DNA of 64,000 bases from Octopus vulgaris (Eukaryota): positions 168,454,001 through 168,518,000 of the forward strand of contig OX597815.1 in the NCBI GenBank assembly GCA_951406725.2, written 5' to 3'. The notes under the pieces are model-generated. The model searched no databases, had not been told where the DNA came from, and was given only the letters and a program-made list of their open reading frames with translations. Position 1 is the first letter of the stretch. Every line of letters begins with the position of its first letter. A program made the position numbers and the translations under genes. Of this stretch, positions 38,610 through 52,694 are shown piece by piece.

Positions 38610-38840
38610 AAAACATCAGGATAGGGAAACACCAGAAAGGGACTTAATTGCTGAAGACTAGAACAAAAAGACTGAACTTTTGTCAGCGGTATCTGATTGA
38701 CCTTTACCAGCAAGCTTTTAGTAGAAACATAGACATACCAAGCTGGTTAGCACCAGCAGAAACAAAACTGACACCCCAAAACAATAAAATTCATCAGACA
38801 ATTAAGTATTGGCCAACTGGATGCCAGAATATCACATAAA
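38610..38840 (+). mobile_element. Short R4-type RT fragment
   Basis: PSWLAPAETKLTPQN...KYWPTGCQN resembles WLxxGxTxLxPK...NYRPIxC. Confidence 0.45.
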
Positions 38841-40062
38841 ATGTATAAGGCCTGTCTGATCCTGTTCTTCCTGTTAGTAATAATCCTTTCTACTAATTTT
38901 GTTGAAAGGGGTTAGCTATTTATATCAGCCTCCAATGCTTAACTGCTACTTATTTTGTTGACCCCAAAAGGATGAAAGGCAACGTCAGCTTTGGTAGAGT
39001 TTGAAATCAGAATGTATAGCTGGAAATAAAGCTGCTAAGCATTTTCTCCAGCCATCTAATAATTCTTTTCTACTCTAGGCACAAGGCCCAAAATTTTGGG
39101 GGAGGGGGGGCCAGTCGATTAGAGTGACCCCAGTACACAACTGGTACTTAATTTATTGACCCCAAAAGGATGAAAGGGTAATTCGACCTCGGCAGAATTT
39201 GAACTCAGAACATAAAGACAAACGAAATACCACTAAGCAATTCGCCTGGTATGCTAACGTTTCTACCAGCTCGCCACCTAAGCCGTCTAACAATTCTGTC
39301 AGATGTGATAGTAATAGTAGCTGAACAAACAGTTAGAAAGAGGTGGAGTCTTTAAATTCAACACACTCAGGATGCAAGCATACATAGAAGTGATACCACT
39401 GGTAATCTTCTTAAGATTCATTGAAGATTAATTAGTTAATTAGTAATTAACCAACAATCATATTTGCAAGGCTTGGTGGGTGAGTTTGAGCAGTATATGT
39501 CTAAGTCCAGCACATATTTAACCAATAAAATGAAATCAAATTACAAAGGATGACTGGATACATAAATCTCCAATATTGTTCATTCTAAAATAATGTAAAC
39601 AGTTTTTTTTTTTTCATTTGATACAATGTCAGGCTTAAATGAAGAAAGATCCTAGAATGGTGCTGGCACAGCAGCTTCTGCACATGGGCATCTTAAACCA
39701 CATCCAAATAAAAAAAAAAATAAACCATCTGACTGATTGGCTTAACCCAGATATATCCACTCAAAATTTCATTACCGTTAATAGTGGAAAGCAGTTTAGC
39801 AGTTTTATATACCAATCAACCAATCTGTCTTTTCTTCGTTTATCTTTTACTTGTAACAGTCATCAGACAGCAGCCATGCTGGAGCAACATCTTGAAGAAC
39901 TTTTAATTGAATGAAACAAACCCAGTACTTATCTTTTTTTTTCTTTTTAAGCCCAGTACTTATTCTATTGATCCCGTTGCCGAACTCCTAAGTTATGGGG
40001 ACGTAAACACATCAACACCAGTTGTCAAGCAGTGGTGGGGGACAAACACTGACACAAAGACA

Positions 40063-40108
<46 letters not shown>

Positions 40109-41074
40109 AGCTTCTTTCAGTTTCTGTCTGCCAAATCCATTCATAAGGCTTTGGTTGGCCCAAGGCTATAGTAGAAGACGCTTGCCCAAGGCACCAAACA
40201 GTGGGATTGTACCCAGAATCATGTGACTGGAAACAAGCTTCTGACCCCACAGTCATGTCTGTGCCTTTTGTTAAGGAATGTCATCTTTGAAACAATTTTT
40301 TGTCGAAATATCTCAAGTTTATTGAGGTTACATGACTTGCAGAAAATACCAATTCTATTTCTTTGGTAGATATTTAACATCATTACTGGAATAATCATAA
40401 CATTTGATTTCACAGTGAAAGGGTCAAAGTTCATTGAAAGACACACAGATATGTTGTTTCCTCCTTCTGCCTTTCCTACTGCAGCTATAATGGTTGACTA
40501 TGTCTTCTTGAATCACATATTTCTCCTCTTCTAACCAAATTTGTTGTGTCCAACCTTCCAAAGCCCTGCATTAATCACTTCATTTAGTCCTTCCTTCTTA
40601 GAGCTTTGGCCTTCTGACATTTCATCTTTGCTCATGTATTTCCCACAGGCACTGACATACAAAGATTCAATAGGATCATTAATAACATCAATCTCGCTCG
40701 CCTAAGAGAAGTGACAAAAGCCATGAACACTGCTCTTTCCTCCAGATCCAACAAGTAAAATAAATACATATACAGTGACTTACATAATATTACCAAAGCT
40801 TGTAAAATTGAGCCAGTAAAGCTTAAAGTTATAGAAATCCATCTAATCCATGTAGAGCAGTGACCCTCGACCAGGGTCCATATGGCATTTGCAGGAGGTG
40901 GGGGGGCACCCATATAAAATTTTGTTGTAAACGTTCATGTGCAATAAATTGCTTATACACAAAATATTAAAATTTTTTTATACAATTCCTAATAATAGAG
41001 AACGCTGCTTGCAAGATGGTAACATTAGTTCACAACTATCAAGTGATGTCAAGGGATGGACGGACACACACGTG

Positions 41075-41458
<384 letters not shown>

Positions 41459-42239
41459 AAAAAAAAACACATACATGTAAATGTCAAACAATGAGAATGA
41501 GTGCTCAACACCGCATTGATGGATAAAATTTCTTTATTTGTGTATTAAGGCTACCATTAGTTTCATGTTAAGAAAAATATTTTAATATCTTAACTAATTT
41601 TCAAGCTGATCACATGGAGGAATGGTGTTCATCTCCATTTTATGACTACCAAATCCACTCACAAGCCTTTGGTCAGCCTCCAGACTAAGGTGTCATGCAA
41701 AAGGACTGAACTTGGAACCATGTAATTGAGAAGTAAACTGCTTACTACACGCCACACCTGCATATATGTTGCTAGTGTCACGTAACTGGCACCCATGCCA
41801 GTGTCACGTAAAAAACACCTTTGGATCATTGGGCCTCATCGAGGCAAAATGGCCAATGCTCGAGGCATGCAAAAGCACCTTTTGAGTGTTGAGCCTCATA
41901 GAGGCAATGATGAATGACCGAAATCTTTGGCATTATGTTGTGTTTGAGAAGAAGACCCATCAATCCAAATAAAATTGTAGTTGTGGTGTCACGCAAATGG
42001 CACATAAAAGCACACATTACACCCTCGGAGTGGTTGATGTTAGGACGGGCATCTAGCCATAGAAACCATGCCAAATCAGACTGGAGTCTGGCGCAGCCTT
42101 CTAATATGCCAGTGCAGTCAAACCATCCAACCCATGCCAGCATGGACAATGGACATTAAATGATAATGATGATGATGATATATGAAGCAAGACTCAAAAC
42201 AAAATGAAGTGACCAAGTGATAATAAAACATCTAATTAC

Positions 42240-42341
42240 CTTCTCTGAGCTTTCAATCAGTGCTCTTAATTGTTGATTGACTTCAGATATCCTGGTTTTC
42301 TGAAAATTCATCCGTTCTTGATTTGCCTCTAATGAAGAATC
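42240..42341 (-). CDS. SAPCD2: SAPCD2-like coding exon: DSSLEANQERMNFQKTRISEVNQQLRALIESSEK
   Basis: Acceptor cattttgcag, donor AAG|gtaatt; 102 nt, phase 0-0, in frame with both neighbouring exons; heptad pattern IxEVNxxLxxL. Confidence 0.88.
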
Positions 42342-42432
42342 CTGCAAAATGAAGAATAAAAAGAAATTAATATATTTTGTCAGCTTTTGCTATGATTTAG
42401 ATTCAGCCACTTTTCAATAGATTTAGTGAAGT

Positions 42433-42645
42433 TTAACCCTTTTGAAACCCACCTACCAAAAGTGACCCATGCTTCTCCAATACGAACTCCATGTTTTAAA
42501 GTGATCGAAATTAAAACCGTCCCTCACGATTCTATGTTACTTTATGTTCCAAACATCAGCTTAGTAATGACAAGGTTATTTTGCTAAATTCTTCGTTATT
42601 TTCAAAATTCATTGAAATGCAAAAATATAGTAACAAAAGGCTTAA
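42433..42645. mobile_element. piggyBac-type MITE family A
   Basis: TTAA-CCCTTTTG...CAAAAGGC-TTAA; related copies at ~2060-2635 (split), 4928-5240 (nested) and 45483-45705. Confidence 0.75.
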
Positions 42646-44272
42646 TGAGGAGTTTAGATATGTGGCTGACTTCCTTTTGAGTGTTGGGCCCCATGGAGGC
42701 AATGACCAAGACCTTTGGCATTATGTTGTGCTTCAGAAGACGACCCATCAATCCAAGCAAAATCGCAGTCATGGCAGGTACTGGTGTCACACAAATGGCA
42801 CCTGTGCCAGTAGCACATAAAAGTACCCATACACTCTCAGACTAATTGGCTTTAGGAAAGGCATCCAATCATAGAAAACCATGCCAAATAAGACTGGAGC
42901 CTGGCACAGCCTTCAGGCACAGCCTTCAGCAGGCCAGCCCAGTCAAACCATCCAACCCATGCCAGCATGGATAACGTATGTTAAATGATGATGATGATGA
43001 GGATGCAACATTCTCTCAGAATAATCCTACTGTATGAGAAAAATATCTTATTCTACCAAAACTAGTATAAATTTCTTTAGTTTATATTCTTTTGAAATGA
43101 AATATAATGAGCACTATCCTTTTACTCTTTAACTTGTTTCAATCATTGGATTGCAGCTAGTACATACTTTAAAAGTGCCCGTGCAGTACCACATAAATGC
43201 ATTCAGCACACTCGGTAAAGTGGTTGGCATTAGGAAGGGCATCCAACCGTAGTTGTAGCTATAGAAAGAATTGAACTTAGCATTGTAATGCCAAGCTGTT
43301 TAAAAATTGTGTTGGTCATGGATGGAACTCAATGCCAGAGGTATGACATGAATTCTAGACCTCTTGGCTGGGAGTTAGCTATTCTATATACAATGCAAAT
43401 AATGAATCATTGTAAATTACATATCCAAGTGAAGTTGTAAATTATAATATTCATGACCATTTCACAAACCATGGTTTTCCATCAGACCAGTATTTTAACT
43501 TCAAATTCAGTAGCATTTGCAGAATGAAAGTTTCCCTGAATATCTGGAGCCTATTATTGAAAATTAGTTAAAGTTAACCACACAAAATGCAAGTGTCTTG
43601 TTCAAAGACAACAAAGTGCCAGCAGCATATTTCAGCTTGCAATTCATTCAAGTTGCTATTTTGTTAGAGTTAATGAAAATTACAGACAAAAATAGCAGCT
43701 GATTTCACATGGATAATAATGATTTCCCTTGACTGTGAACAAAGCCAGTATTTGTAGGAGAGAGAGGAAGGGAGTATAGTTAATTGAATTGATTCTAATA
43801 TATTTCTTTCTATAAAAAGGATCACTTTTCCAGAGATAGATTGCTATGTGTGTGTCTTATTTTTCTGAAAGATGGTGACTCATTGCTTTCTCTAATTTTT
43901 CTTAATTGCTTTCTCCAAAATGAAGTTGTGCTATTCATGCATTTCCCAAAATGCATGAATTTTACAAATTAGTATTTTGATGCGAATCATGCTTACAATC
44001 ACTTAACTCAAGGGATCAGCCAAGAAACAAAATTTTTGAAAAATATGATAAAAGGCAGCAAGCTAGCAGAATCATTAGACTGTTAGACAAAATACCTAGC
44101 AGTATCTCTCTTGGCTTTTTATGTTCTAAGTTCAAATTCTACTGAGATCAACTTTACTTTTCATCCTTTTGGGGTTGATAAAATAAATACCAACTGAACA
44201 GTGGGGTTGACATAATTAACTTTCACTCTCCTCAAAATTGCTGGCTTTATGCCAAAATTAGAAAGAATTATT

Positions 44273-44516
44273 GTTGTGTCTGGAGAGAGTAATTTTCTTT
44301 TTGTGCCTTATAATGTAACACACTCACTGTTAAAATTTCCACTTATTTCTTATTTTTATTTTCCTAAAATTTTCGTTACATCTTGCAACCTTTTCAATAG
44401 TCTTGACTCTTACATTATAAGGCACAAAACGAAAATGACTCTCTCCAGACACAACAGAATATGCTTCAACACACAAACTCATATAAAGAATCTTGCAAAC
44501 CAAATCCAAAAACTAA
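44273..44516 (+). mobile_element. Same family as 54919-55118, with longer inverted 5' segment and 13-bp TSD
   Basis: TSD AGAAAGAATTATT at 44260-44272 and 44517-44529; ~40-bp inverted repeat GTTGTGTCTGGAGAGAG...CCTTATAA / TTATAAGGCAC...CAGACACAAC. Confidence 0.78.
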
Positions 44517-44910
44517 AGAAAGAATTATTATTATTAGAAAGAAAATGATATGATATTACTTCTTTGAAGATAACAAGATTTAAATTAAAAAAATAATAAA
44601 TTTGTCTATAGGATGTTGTCACCACCCTAAATGATAACCATTGTTTTCTCTAGGCTCAAGGCGAACTATTGTTAAAATGGAGATATAGGTGACATAATGA
44701 AATCCATCCAAGACTCATCAAGACCATCATACTCATCATCATCATCATTTAATGCCCACTTTTCTATGGTTGAGGCAGATTTTCTATGGCCAGATACCTT
44801 ACCTGTCACCAGCCCTCACCTGTTTCCAAGCAAAGTAATATTCCTCAGAGCCAAACATGTTTTTCATAGAAGAAACTATACACATATGTACACACACACA
44901 CATGCACGTG

Positions 44911-44949
<39 letters not shown>

Positions 44950-46263
44950 TGGTGTGGGTGATAGTGTCACATAAAAAGCACCCAGTACACTTTGTGGAGT
45001 GGTTGGCATTAGAAAGGGCATCTAGTCATAGAAACCAAGCTAAAACAGACTATGGAACCCGGTGCAACCCCTGGCCTTGCCAGTTTCTGTCAATCTGTTC
45101 AACCCGTGCCAGCATGGAAAACAAACATTAAATGTTGATGATGATGATGTGATGGGCTTGTTTCAGTTTCCATCTACAAAATTCACTCACAAGGATTTGG
45201 TTGGCCTAGGGCTATATTAGAAATAGTAGAAGACGTTTGCCCAACGTGCCATGCAGTGGGACTGAACCCAAAGCCACAGGGTTGGGAAGTAAGCTTCTCA
45301 GCCACACAAACCACACCGCTCACAAAAGCATAGATATCCCATATAATATTCCTCTGTATTTTTCAACTCTTGAAATAGGAAAGACAAAACAAACATTTTT
45401 ATATAAACCCAAGAAGGTGATACACCAAACTTCGTATAACATTCAACATCCTGTTGTATAACAAAGTACTCAGTCCAGCTCTTTAACCCTTTTGTTACTA
45501 TATTTCCACTGAAATACACTTCTGTTTCAATTAATTTTGAAATTAAAGAAGAATTTAGTAAAATAATTCTGTAATTGTTAAATTTGTGTTTGAAACAAAT
45601 TAATATGATATTTCAATAGGTTTTGATTTAGATCGCCTTAAAACAAGAAGTTTAAATCATGGAACCAGAGGTGCTCTTAGATAGGTTGGTATCAAAAGGC
45701 TTAATGTTTTAACAACCTCCAACGCTAGTGTCTCTCTTAGATAGGTATGAAACCTGAATTTTTTTTTGTTTTTCTTAATATAGAAGAAAGAAAAGTTGTG
45801 ATGATTGTATCTTTTTTTTTATTAAGAAAGGAAAGATGTTAACAACAAATGATGATAATGAAAATGAGGATAAAAATCAGTTATGTAAATGGAAGTGGCT
45901 TCTGTCTGTGTTAACAAGACAATAGAATAAAGTGAGGCAATAAGCAAGAGAGAGAGAAAGAGAGAAGTAATGAATATAGAAGAAAAGCTACTAACAAGAA
46001 AAAGAAGAAAAGAAATGGACAGAAGCTACTAACAAAAGAGTTGTAGAATCAGCTTTTCCTCATTATTTCAACTGAATGAGAACTAAAGAAAAGAATAAAA
46101 AAACAATATGGTTCCAGTATTTATTGCTTTTCTTTTTGTACAGTTATTGTTAGCAATTCATTTCAATACTATTTATATATCATCATAATTCTGGTTTTAC
46201 TGTCTATGTGCTCATGCTAGTATGGGTTGGACAGATCTGTAGTACAGCATGTTGCTATCTGTC

Positions 46264-46768
46264 TTAACCCTTCAGCATGCTGATTACTCTGTCAAATGTA
46301 ATACTTATTTCTTCACCTTGTTTTGAATCAATCATGTATTATCTTGTAGCTTCAAGATTCCAATGATGTGATTGTTTATTTTTAGAATGATGTTGTAGGA
46401 TAGGTGTGAGAGGCAAGATTTGGCTGGTTTGAAAATAAAACAGGTAGAATATTTGGGTCAGATATGGCTGGTTTAAATGATAAATGGTTAAAAGAGAGAA
46501 TTTATATCATAGAACTAAGGACAATCTTAGGAGAGTGGGTATCAAAAGGGTTAAAATAGATGAAAATTTTATATATGAAGTGAAAACAAAAACAAAAAAC
46601 AAAGCTCAGCATATGAGACTGAAACAGCTTTTAAACGCTATAGCAACATCTATGTTACTACAGGTAAAAACTACAAAATGAACCACATTACCAAAATAGT
46701 TGGTGAATTAGAAGAGACAGATGACGTAAATTCTTTTAAAATAGAAAAAAGAAATGAATGCAAGCTTT
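46264..46768 (+). repeat. ~500-bp direct duplication of 51690-52183
   Basis: High identity including ~215 bp of non-MITE flank (...GAGACTGAAACAGCTT...GAATGCAAGCTTT). Confidence 0.9.
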
Positions 46769-47038
46769 GTGGGGTAGAATGACAATGTAGGGAGAGATGA
46801 GATCTGGTTGATTTGTACATAGAACATGTAGAATATTTGGGTCGGATATGTCCAGATTAAATACTAAAGAGTTAATTCAATGTCATCCCATTCAGCACCC
46901 TGTTGTAGCCCAACATCCTGAGATTTAACCTGGCCGTCTCTTATGAGAGAAATTAATAAATAAATTGAGAAAGACAAGGGAACTACGACTAGGTCTATAC
47001 TAAGTTGATTGAGTATAAAGGAAGTGAAATAAACTCAC

Positions 47039-47182
47039 ATTGTATGATGACCAAGCAGCAACTTTCTGTTTATCATCAACTGAAGCAATTTGCTTCTGAT
47101 ACCAACGCTTTGCAGACTGTACTATTTCCATTCCTTGTTCCAGAATCTCTTTTTCTTCTTCCAGTTGTCGCATCCGTTTAAT
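47039..47182 (-). CDS. SAPCD2: SAPCD2-like coding exon, suppressor-APC domain: IKRMRQLEEEKEILEQGMEIVQSAKRWYQKQIASVDDKQKVAAWSSYN
   Basis: Acceptor ttgattgctcag, donor AAT|gtgagt; 144 nt, phase 0-0. Matches the LKxMKELEQEKEVLLQGLEMMxxxRxWYQQQL pattern of SAPCD/APC N-terminal coiled coils. Confidence 0.92.
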
Positions 47183-47600
47183 CTGAGCAATCAAAACAAT
47201 TCAAAATGAAAAGATTTAAAGTGTTTTGCAGTAAGAACGATAAACTAAACGCCAGCAATATTTTTTTCTTTTTTTAGTAATTTTCACAACTATTTCTATT
47301 CAATACAACAGTTTTCCTCAAATTCTATACAATGCTATTCATTTATTTGTTCACAACTCTTTCACAACATTAGAATCTAAATTCTATCTCTAGATTATTT
47401 CAAATATTACATTTTCTTTCAGTCTTTCATTTTATTCACAGAATCTCATTCATTGATTCTATACAACATGCAACATTTGTGACATATGTGAGAAAGGGTC
47501 CAAATGAAAACAGCAAACATGAAAAGAGATTTGAAAAGATGTGCTGTGCATGCATGTATGCACATATGCATATGCATGCATATATGAATACATGTGTGGA

Positions 47601-47635
<35 letters not shown>

Positions 47636-48229
47636 ATGTTTGTTTTACATATACTCAAGAGAGAGATTAAAACATGCAGGGGTGTTGGTTTTTATCAGAG
47701 CTTGTATTCTATGACAAGAAACAAGAGAACTACTAAATAGGAGAAAATACTCCAAAGAAAACAAGACAAAAAGAGGAATAAACACATACTGAAAATTTAA
47801 AAAAGTTTCGAACTGCATTTAGGTTGGTAGCCATGCACACACACACACAAACACCAATGGTGAAGTGACTGGTTAAATAATGCATTCAACTGAGTGAATA
47901 ATGTATTCAAAACTGCATGGTTTGAGTTCAAATCCATTAAAAGCATTTTGCTGTATATTTAAAGAAAACAATTCAACATACTCAAATTCCTCTAGTTGTT
48001 GAAAAAAGCAATCAAATTCTATGAAAATATTACTTTTGAGGGAATATTATTCTAACCTGGAGAGGTTTATTATCAGCTTAACATCATATAGCTAAAGTTT
48101 CTTGAAAATATTTGCTTGCTTTTATTTATACTCTAGAAAGTGTCTTTCTCTATAGCCACAGGCCACTCAAACCTTGTGAGTGTCTTCAGCAGCTGTGAAC
48201 AAGACACAGTCGCTGAAGACATTTAAATC

Positions 48230-49390
48230 CCTACATGGTCATGAACCAACATTTATGGTTTATTGATGACATCTGGTTACAGTTCATTGATGACGTCGTT
48301 TTTTGCCTGGAAAGGATCACAGGATAGTTTAATTGACTTCTTGCATTTTTGTGACTGGTTATGCTAAAAGCTATGGATTTAAATCCAACATTAAATTTAC
48401 ATCTAGTTTTTCAAAAACTAGCAATGAGTTTTTGGACACAAAAGTTAAGTTTTCTGGAGACAGAATAGTGACAGAATTATTTTGCAAGCCCATGTCATCC
48501 CACATTTACCTCCACCACTGCTCCAATAATCCAATCATATAATTCAGTCAAATCCAAAATCCCAATTTTTGAGGATGAAATGGATTTGTATTGACATAGG
48601 GAATTACTGGAAACATGCAAATACACCATTATGTCAAATGCAGTTACAGTGAATCATGATTAAAGGAAATAGCAAAATGACATGGCAGGGATTAGCAAAG
48701 AAAGTAAACCCTTCACACATAATTTTAGCAAACACAGTACAATATGTGACAGAATTCCTTTAGTGATTAACTGGCACCGAAATTTCACTGGCATTTCAAA
48801 AGCATTGCATGAAAGTTACCAGCATGTTGTGAAAAAACATGCTCATTTCAAACAAATATTTCCGCAGCTGCCTATTGTAGCCTTTAGATAGAATAAAATA
48901 TTAAGAGAACTATTAACCTCTACTTCTGACTCCAAGAAAACTAATAATGGAATATCTGCATGCTGTACTTTGAAAGAGGTAAGCCCTGTTCATTATGCAC
49001 CAACATGAGAAATGTTATGATTTATACAGAAGGTGAGACATGTAGAGATTCACATTTGATGTGCACAGCAGAATGCACAAATCACACCTTGATTTATGTT
49101 GGTTGTACACCAGATCAATTAAACAAAAGAGTCAATAATGGACACAAATATGTCAGGCACAATAACAGTAGTTCAACAGAACTTGCCGAACATTTTGCAT
49201 TTTTGAAATTTTGCAATTTTGAGAAAGACTTGAAAGCGCATATTCTCAGAAAATATTCTGAATCTGCTACAGTTTCAGTACTCACAATGCATTAAGAGAA
49301 ATATGTTTGTGGGTTATTAACATCATGCCCTGGAAGAATGAATAAAATGACAGAAAAATTTCATCAAATTTACACAAAACTGTTTGATTA
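48230..49390 (+). mobile_element. Penelope-like element relic (RT C-terminal part, zinc-binding region, GIY-YIG)
   Basis: WLQFIDDV, NIKFT...FLDTKV...KPMSSHIYLH, RIPLVINWH, IFPQLPIVAFR, CSLCTNM, IYVGCT...LNKR...GH...ELAEHF; several stops and frameshifts. Confidence 0.85.
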
Positions 49391-49879
49391 AATATTCTTC
49401 GTCTTCTTTTTCATCTTTTGTTTTCTTTCTTTTTCTTTTTGCCAATTGTAAAATTGAACTTTGAAGACTAATGATGTCATTCTATGAACCAGTGGACACT
49501 GGTTGCTCTCATTCATGTTTTGGATTTGAATTTCTATAATTCTGAATTTTTATCACTTTTCATTTTGAACTCAACAAAGACAGGCTTGCTGTTCAACCAA
49601 TAAAATATCTATTGCATCACACTCTTCATATTGTCTAATAATAATAATAATAATAATAATAATAGTAATCCTTTCTACTGTAGGCACAAGGCCTGAAATT
49701 TGGGGGAAGGGATTAAGTCAATTACATCAACCCCAGTGCGTAACTGGTACTTATTCAATTGACCCTGAAAGGATGAAAAGACAAAATGCCACTAAGCATT
49801 TGTCCAGCATGTTAATGTTTCTGCCAGCTAGCCACCTTAATAATAATAATAATGGTTTCACATTTTAACACAAGGCTAG

Positions 49880-50240
49880 TAACATGTGCTATATAGTTGA
49901 TGTTGCATGCCCCTTTGACCTACAAATAGTTAAGAAGGTAAAAAAATAGATATATACAATCATTTGAAGTTTGAAATAGCTAGGCTATGGAAAATGAAGA
50001 AGGTGAAGATAGTGCCAATTAGTGTGGGGTCCTTGGGAACAGTATCAGAAGGCATCAAGAGGAATATAATGGAAATTGGAATAGAGTGGCCAGTAGAACT
50101 GCTACAAAAGGTTTACCTCCTTGGTACAGCCAGAATAATCAGGAAAGTATTAGATAGTTGAAAAGAACAGACAGCATAGTACTGTAGGTGGCAGGCAGCA
50201 AACCCACTATACATGCAAGACTCCTGGAGTGATAACAAAA
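49880..50240 (+). mobile_element. R4/Dong-type RLE C-terminal fragment
   Basis: CYIVDVACP...FEIARLW...IVPISVGSLG...LQKVYLLGTARIIRKVL*. Confidence 0.75.
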
Positions 50241-50939
50241 CCTGAGATAAAAAGAATAAATAAATCTTTCTAAATTTGGAACAAGGTCGTCAAATTTGAG
50301 GGGTGAAAGGCAAAGTTGACCATAGTGGGATTTGAACTCAGAATGTAAAGAGTTATAACAAATACTGTAAAGCATTTTTCTGGTATGCTAATGATTCCGC
50401 CATCCCACCACCTTAATAGTCCTCTCTGCTATAGGCATAAAGCCTGAAATTTAGGGAAGGGTCTTGTCAATTACATAGACCGCATTATTCAATTGGTACT
50501 AATTTCATCAACCCCAGAAGGCTGAAAGGCTAAGTTGGCATTGGCAGATTTGAACTCAGAATGTAAAGACAGACAAAATGCTGTTAAGCATTTAGTCCAG
50601 AGTGTTACTAATTCTTCCAATTCACTGCCTTATCCCACCATCTTAACAATAACAATAGTAACAAATACATGAATAGGCTATATTTTCTATTATGAAGTTC
50701 CTGAGTTTGGGCAATTTCTATGTTATAAGGTAAAATATGGAATCTGATGTTTTGGGACTGAAAGAAAAGAAATTGAAAAATTTCTTTTCATGCACGAACT
50801 TCACTGCATATTTTTTCATAATGCAGACCACCACAAATTACTTTAGAGTCTTTTTTTTTTTTACATCACATTTATTGTTGTTTTCAATATTGACGGGGCA
50901 AACCACTGATTGAAGTCATTCCCACCATAAGCATCCTAT

Positions 50940-51168
50940 TTAACCCTTTCGATACCAACCCGGCTAAAACCGGCTCTGGCTCTGTAGTACAAATGTCTTG
51001 TTTTCAAAAATTTTGAATTAAAATCTTCCACCAAACCTTAGTCATAATTTATGTTCCTAACACTAGTTTAATGACAACTAAGTTATTTCATAACTTCTTT
51101 CTTATAATTAAAATTAACTGAAAGAAATACAGAGCATCTCAAAATAAATACAGTAATGAAAGAGTTAA
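50940..51168. mobile_element. piggyBac-type MITE (family A subtype)
   Basis: TTAA-CCCTTTCGATAC...GTAATGAAAGAG-TTAA; inverted sister copy at 51461-51689. Confidence 0.82.
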
Positions 51169-51289
51169 TATGTCTCAGGTACCACATATCTAGGATTCCA
51201 TTTTCTTATGTTCTCCCTACAATTTAGGGGTGATTTGGCTACTATGAACAATCATGTAGGAGTTCCACTGTTGGCTCTAATATCCCCAA

Positions 51290-51965
51290 TTTAATCTTTT
51301 TGATACCATATTTCTGCTGAAATACACTACATTTGTTTCAATTAATTTTGAAATGATGAAGAATTTATTGAAATAACTTCATTATCATTAAGCTAGTGTT
51401 TGGAACACAAATTAACATGGAATTTGAATGGAAGGTTTTAATCTAGATCACTTTAGCCCTTTAACCCTTTCATTACCGTATTTATTTTCAGATGTTCTGT
51501 GTTTCTTTCAATTATTTTAAACATAACAAAGAATTTAGTAAAATAACTTAGTTATCATTAAGCTAGTGTTAGTAACATAAATTGTGACTAAGCTTTGGTA
51601 GAAGATTTTAATTCAAAACTTAAGAAAACAAAACATTTGTACTACAGAGCCAGAGGTGGTTTCGGCCGGGTTGGTAATGAAAAGGTTAACATTCAGATTA
51701 CTCTGTCAAATGCAATTCTTATTTATTCACATTGTTTTGAATCAATCATGTATTATCTTGCAGCTTCAAGATTTCAATGATGTGATTGTTTATTTGTAGA
51801 ATGATGTTGTAGGATAGGTGTGGGACATGAGATTTGGTGGTTTGAACATAAAACAGGTAGAATATTTGGGTCAGATATGGCTGGTTTAAATGATAAACAG
51901 TTAAAAGAGAATTTATATCATAGAACTAAGGACAGTCTCAGGAGAGTGGGTATCAAAATGGTTAA
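51290..51965. mobile_element. Three nested piggyBac-type MITEs
   Basis: Family A halves (51290-51455 and 51905-51965) enclose family B, whose left end is interrupted by a third MITE (51461-51689). Confidence 0.72.
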
Positions 51966-52694
51966 AATATATGAAAGTTTTATATATGAAGTGAAAACTA
52001 GAAAAAAAAAAAACAAGGCTCAGAATATGAGACTGAAACAGCTTCTAAACGCTATAGCAACATCTATGTTACTACAGGTAAAAACTACAAAACGAACCAC
52101 ATTACCAAAATAGTTGGTGAATTAGAAGAGACAGATGACGTAAATTCTTTTAAAATAGAAAAAAAGAAATGAATGCAAGCTTTTCTGAAGAGTTCTCAGA
52201 GCTATGTAGCAGAGCTTAATTGGATTTAGAAAATAAGGAATAAACTAATGAGTTCTCAAGGAAAAGGTTACATGTTACTTATCTCTCATCTTGAAGGTTA
52301 TCTTAGTGCAATCCAAAAGTGAGAAAATCTCAACTAATGTCTAGAAAAAAGGTGAATATTGAGAAAAATATTTTTTTTTAAATTACTTGAAAAATACAAG
52401 TCTAGATTGAAAACATTAGCCATATATTTTATGGTGAATTATAAGATCATAATGGAATCCAATTTTTTAAAAAGTATTCTAATAACAAATACAAGTATTT
52501 GAAATTGTTAAGTAGATAAAGTATTACAGTTGTTCAACTGAAGGATTTTGAGATTATTATCACAACATTAGTGCTTTAGTTAAATCACAAAAACCAACTC
52601 CAATTATCTAGTAACAGAAATGATTATAAAAGAAAATCTTTCCCAATGAGCATTTTAAACATTATCATGTAAGAAAATTTTTGTTATTATTATT

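Noticed and set aside
46484-52113. Two similar ORFs (MVKRENLYHRTKD... and ...ENLYHRTKDS...) suggesting paralogous small genes
   Set aside because: They are translations of the non-coding duplication 46264-46768 / 51690-52183, partly MITE sequence.
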